Shown one piece after another: positions 60,862-64,000 of a stretch of 64,000 nt of DNA (position 1 is the first letter of the stretch; each line of letters begins with the position of its first letter). This DNA is from Candidatus Latescibacterota bacterium. GTDB lineage: Bacteria; Latescibacterota; UBA2968; UBA8231. A program made the position numbers and the translations under genes. Below the pieces are notes generated by a model, which saw only the letters and a list, made by a program, of their open reading frames with translations, did no database searches and was not told where the DNA came from. The stretch spans positions 2,912,001-2,976,000 of the forward strand of contig CBDETK010000013.1 of the NCBI GenBank assembly GCA_965242865.1, given 5' to 3'.

Positions 60862-63588
60862 TTAGTGCGCCTCCAGCCAATTTTCGCCGGTGCCCATCTC
60901 GATTTCTATCGGCACCGCCAGCGGCAGGGCCTCGCGCATCTCGCGGGCGACTAGCGGCGGCAGGGCCTCTGCTTCGTCCCGGTGCAGATCGAAGACCAGC
61001 TCGTCGTGGACTTGCAACAGCAGGGCCGAGCGGAATCCCCCCTCGCGCAGCAGCCGGTGGATGCGGCTCATGGCCAGCTTGATCATGTCCGCGGCCGTCC
61101 CCTGAATCCGGGTGTTGATCGCGTTGCGCTCGGCCCCCTTGCGGGTGGTGGCGTTGCGCGAGTTGATGTCGCGCAGGTAGCGCCGCCGCCCGGTCACCGT
61201 CTCGACGTAGCCCTTGTCGCGGGCGAACTCCACGGTCTCGGCGACGTAGCGCTGCACTCCGGGGTACTGGGCAAAGTACTGCTCAATTTGCTCGGTGGCC
61301 TCCCGGCGGGTGATGTCGAGCCGCTCGGCTAAGCCAAAGGGCGAGATGCCGTAGATGATGCCGAAGTTGACCGTCTTGGCTTGGCGGCGCATCGGGTCTG
61401 TCACTTGGTCTTCTGCGACTTGGTATATCTTGACCGCTGTAGCCACGTGGATATCGCCGCCGCGGTTGAAGGTGTCTAGCATCCCCTCGTCGCGGCTGAG
61501 CGCGGCCGCGATCCGCAATTCGATCTGCGAATAATCGGCCGAAAAGAGCAGGTAGGAAGGGCTGCGCGGCACAAAGGCGCGGCGGATTTCCCGCCCCTGC
61601 TCGCTGCGGATGGGGATGTTCTGCAGGTTCGGGCGGTCGGACTTCATCCGGCCGGTGGCGGTCATTAGCTGCTCGTAGTTGGTGTGGACGCGCCCGGTGG
61701 CCGTATAGACCGCGCTGGGCAGCTGATCGACATAGGTTGACTTGAGCTTGGTGTGCAATCGGTAGTTGAGCACCTGCCGGGCGATCTCGTGGCGATGGGC
61801 CAGCCGGCGCAAGACCTGTTCGCCCGTCTGGTACTGGCCGGTCTTTTGCGTCCGCCGCGCATTGGGGTCCAGCTTGAGCTTCTCAAAGAGCACCCCCCCG
61901 AGCTGGTGGCCCGAATTGAGGTTGAAGCGCTCGCCGGCCAGCTCAAAGACGCGCTCACTCGCTCGCTCACTGGCTTCCTCAAACTGCCGCGCAAGCCCGG
62001 CTAGGGCCGCGCTCTCCATGCGGATGCCCTCGTATTCCATATCGACCAGCACCGGCAGGAGCGGGGCTTCGATCTCGTAGAACACTTGGCGTTGCCCCGC
62101 GTCCTCAATTTTGGGCCGCAACGCCGCGGCGAGTTGGAAGGTGATGTCCGCGTCCTCGCAAGCGTACTCAGCCACTTGTTCCACCGGCACCTGCAAGAGC
62201 GTTAGCTGCTCGCCGCCGCGCTTGCCGATCAGCTCGGAGATGGACTTGGGCGCGTAGGCCAGCAGGTTCTTGGCCAGCTCGTCCATGCTGCGCCTTAGTT
62301 CGGGCTCGGCCAAGGTCGCGGCCAGCATCGTGTCGAAGAAAGGCCCTGCCACCCGCAGGCCGTGCCAGCGGAGGACGCCGAGATCGTACTTGAGATTGTG
62401 GCCGATTTTTTCGCTCGCTTCGCTTGCAAAGACCGGGCGGAATTCCTCCAAAACGGCCAGCACCTCGGCCCGCTCTATCGGCAGCGGCACGTAGTGGCCC
62501 GTGCCCGGGGCCCAAGAGAAAGCCAAGCCAATCAAATCGCATTGCCGGACATCGAGGCCGTTGGTCTCCACGTCAAAGCAAAACGCCGGCTGCGCCAATA
62601 GCGCGGCGATCAACGCCCGGCGCTTGTCGGGCGTATCCGCGAGCTGATAGTCGTGCTCCACATCGGCCACCTCTTTGAGTGGGCCGTGGGCCTGCTCCTT
62701 TTCAGCGCGAAACTCGTCGCCGAGGAGCCGCCGACCCAGCGTATTGAATTCGAGCTCGGTGCAGAGGGCGTTTAGCTTAGGGCGGTCCCACTCGGCCTTG
62801 GCCAAATCCGCCAGCCCCACGTTTAGCGGCACATTGCACTCAATGGTGACGAGCTCCTTGGAGAGCAGGGCCTGCTCCCGGTGGTCTTCTACGTTCTGCT
62901 TTTGCTTGCCCTTGAGCTGGTCGGAGTGCGCCAGCAATTCTTCGACGCTGCCGTACTGGGCAATGAGCTTTTGCGCGGTCTTGGGGCCGATCCCAGGGAC
63001 GCCGGGCACATTGTCCGAAGCGTCGCCCATCAGCCCCAGCACATCGATCACTTGGTCAATTCGCTCGACCTGCCATTGCGCGAGGATTTCCGCCACTCCC
63101 AAAACCTCGGCTTCGTCGCCGTGCCGCCCCGGCTTGTACATAAAGCTCCGCTCGGAAACGAGCTGGCCGTAGTCTTTGTCGGGCGTGACCATGTACGTCG
63201 CAAATCCCTCGGCTTCGGCCTGTTTGGCCAAGGTGCCGATTACGTCGTCGGCCTCCCAGCCGGGCTCGCGTAGGACCGGGATGTTAAACGCCTCGCAGAG
63301 CTGGAATACGTACGGCAACGCTTGGCTCAGCTCCTCGGGCATGGCCTCGCGCTGGGCCTTGTACTCTTCGTATTTGTGGTGCCGGTGGGTCGGCTCTGGG
63401 GTGTCGAAGACAGCGGCGATATGCGTGGGCTCGCCTTTCTCGATAATGGAGAGCACGGTGTTGGCAAAGGCAAAAACGGCCGACGTGTTCACGCCCGTTG
63501 AGGTCAGGCGCGGATTGCGAATCATCGCGAAGTGCCCCCGATAGACGAGGGCCATGCCATCGAGCAGGAAGAGAACGTTTTCGCTCAT
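60862..63588 (-). CDS. polA: DNA polymerase I
   Basis: LLDG..L.YR 5' nuclease, EADDVIGTL, GD.SDN.PGVPGIG.KTA, PNLQNIP, DYSQIELR, AK..NFG..YG, QVHDEL. Start MSENV at 63588. Confidence 0.97.
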   Translation of the reverse strand: MSENVLFLLDGMALVYRGHFAMIRNPRLTSTGVNTSAVFAFANTVLSIIEKGEPTHIAAVFDTPEPTHRHHKYEEYKAQREAMPEELSQALPYVFQLCEAFNIPVLREPGWEADDVIGTLAKQAEAEGFATYMVTPDKDYGQLVSERSFMYKPGRHGDEAEVLGVAEILAQWQVERIDQVIDVLGLMGDASDNVPGVPGIGPKTAQKLIAQYGSVEELLAHSDQLKGKQKQNVEDHREQALLSKELVTIECNVPLNVGLADLAKAEWDRPKLNALCTELEFNTLGRRLLGDEFRAEKEQAHGPLKEVADVEHDYQLADTPDKRRALIAALLAQPAFCFDVETNGLDVRQCDLIGLAFSWAPGTGHYVPLPIERAEVLAVLEEFRPVFASEASEKIGHNLKYDLGVLRWHGLRVAGPFFDTMLAATLAEPELRRSMDELAKNLLAYAPKSISELIGKRGGEQLTLLQVPVEQVAEYACEDADITFQLAAALRPKIEDAGQRQVFYEIEAPLLPVLVDMEYEGIRMESAALAGLARQFEEASERASERVFELAGERFNLNSGHQLGGVLFEKLKLDPNARRTQKTGQYQTGEQVLRRLAHRHEIARQVLNYRLHTKLKSTYVDQLPSAVYTATGRVHTNYEQLMTATGRMKSDRPNLQNIPIRSEQGREIRRAFVPRSPSYLLFSADYSQIELRIAAALSRDEGMLDTFNRGGDIHVATAVKIYQVAEDQVTDPMRRQAKTVNFGIIYGISPFGLAERLDITRREATEQIEQYFAQYPGVQRYVAETVEFARDKGYVETVTGRRRYLRDINSRNATTRKGAERNAINTRIQGTAADMIKLAMSRIHRLLREGGFRSALLLQVHDELVFDLHRDEAEALPPLVAREMREALPLAVPIEIEMGTGENWLEAH

Positions 63589-63608
63589 GCCAAATTCTTT
63601 CGTCGGGT

Positions 63609-64000
63609 TCAAACGGCTTGGTTGGCTGGTTCGTAGTACTTGTTGACGCCGGGCACATCGCTCATTCCGTGCCACACGCCCCGGAAGAGGGTGCGGTGCT
63701 TTTCTGGGAACGCGGCGATCACTTCGACCGCTGGGCAGCCCTTGCCCCACTTGGAATTGACGGTGTCGTAGCAGGTGAACAAGCTCAGCCGGTCCCGCTG
63801 TGGGTTGGTCCAGCGCGTACCCGAATGGCACAGGGCCTCGGTGAAGATCACGGCTGAACCGGCCGGACAGGTATAGCTCTCCCACAGCGCACTGTCGCGC
63901 TGGCTCAACGCTTCGGGTCGGGGGAAGGCGGCCTTGTGGCTGCCCGGCAGAAAAAGCGTACCTCCGTCGCCTTCGCCGACTTCGTTGAGCTCCCACACCA
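63609..64000 (-). CDS. Phytanoyl-CoA dioxygenase family protein (5' part outside window)
   Basis: WEL.....GDGGT..LPGSHK, AGS..IFTEAL.H.G..W. Confidence 0.8.
   Translation of the reverse strand, partial: VWELNEVGEGDGGTLFLPGSHKAAFPRPEALSQRDSALWESYTCPAGSAVIFTEALCHSGTRWTNPQRDRLSLFTCYDTVNSKWGKGCPAVEVIAAFPEKHRTLFRGVWHGMSDVPGVNKYYEPANQAV

Noticed and set aside
63589-63996. 136-aa N-terminal extension of PolA in the ORF track
   Set aside because: It overlaps the real PhyH-family gene in another frame; PolA homology starts at MSENVLFLLDG.

Overview
GC-rich bacterial chromosomal segment. SprA, LptF/G, an orphan T9SS/FlgD-type C-terminal domain, several CRTAC1/FG-GAP proteins and phytanoyl-CoA dioxygenase proteins suggest a diderm FCB-superphylum organism such as Latescibacterota (inference). 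The highlight is a ~10 kb island (2217-12340) bracketed by a 118-bp near-perfect direct repeat that duplicates the 5' end of a host gene, with no integrase. It carries one minus-strand cluster that looks like an uncharacterised acyl-carrier-linked peptide (RiPP-like) maturation system. In order: truncated HlyD fused by deletion to the last 21 codons of an ABC exporter, CAAX/CPBP protease, a ~126-aa precursor-like peptide (MRKLIK...AIQAY leader, CxxCH, Gly/Ser-rich body), a second CPBP, a TPR protein, an XRE regulator, an S8 peptidase-DUF1611-like fusion, ACP, a BtrH-like protein, a histidine phosphatase and a GT4 glycosyltransferase. The rest of the window holds secreted FG-GAP proteins, a decayed toxin-antitoxin pair, an IS5 relic, an iron-uptake operon (porin-imelysin-DHOR), fbaB, tRNA-Asp, def, larE, a LysM amidase, selA, lptFG, an sprA-comEA-pilM-like-coaD-dprA run, MITE/REP-like repeats, nfuA, a two-component system, an AAA/nuclease, a 2H phosphoesterase and polA. 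All family assignments come from recognising motifs by eye; no database searches were run.
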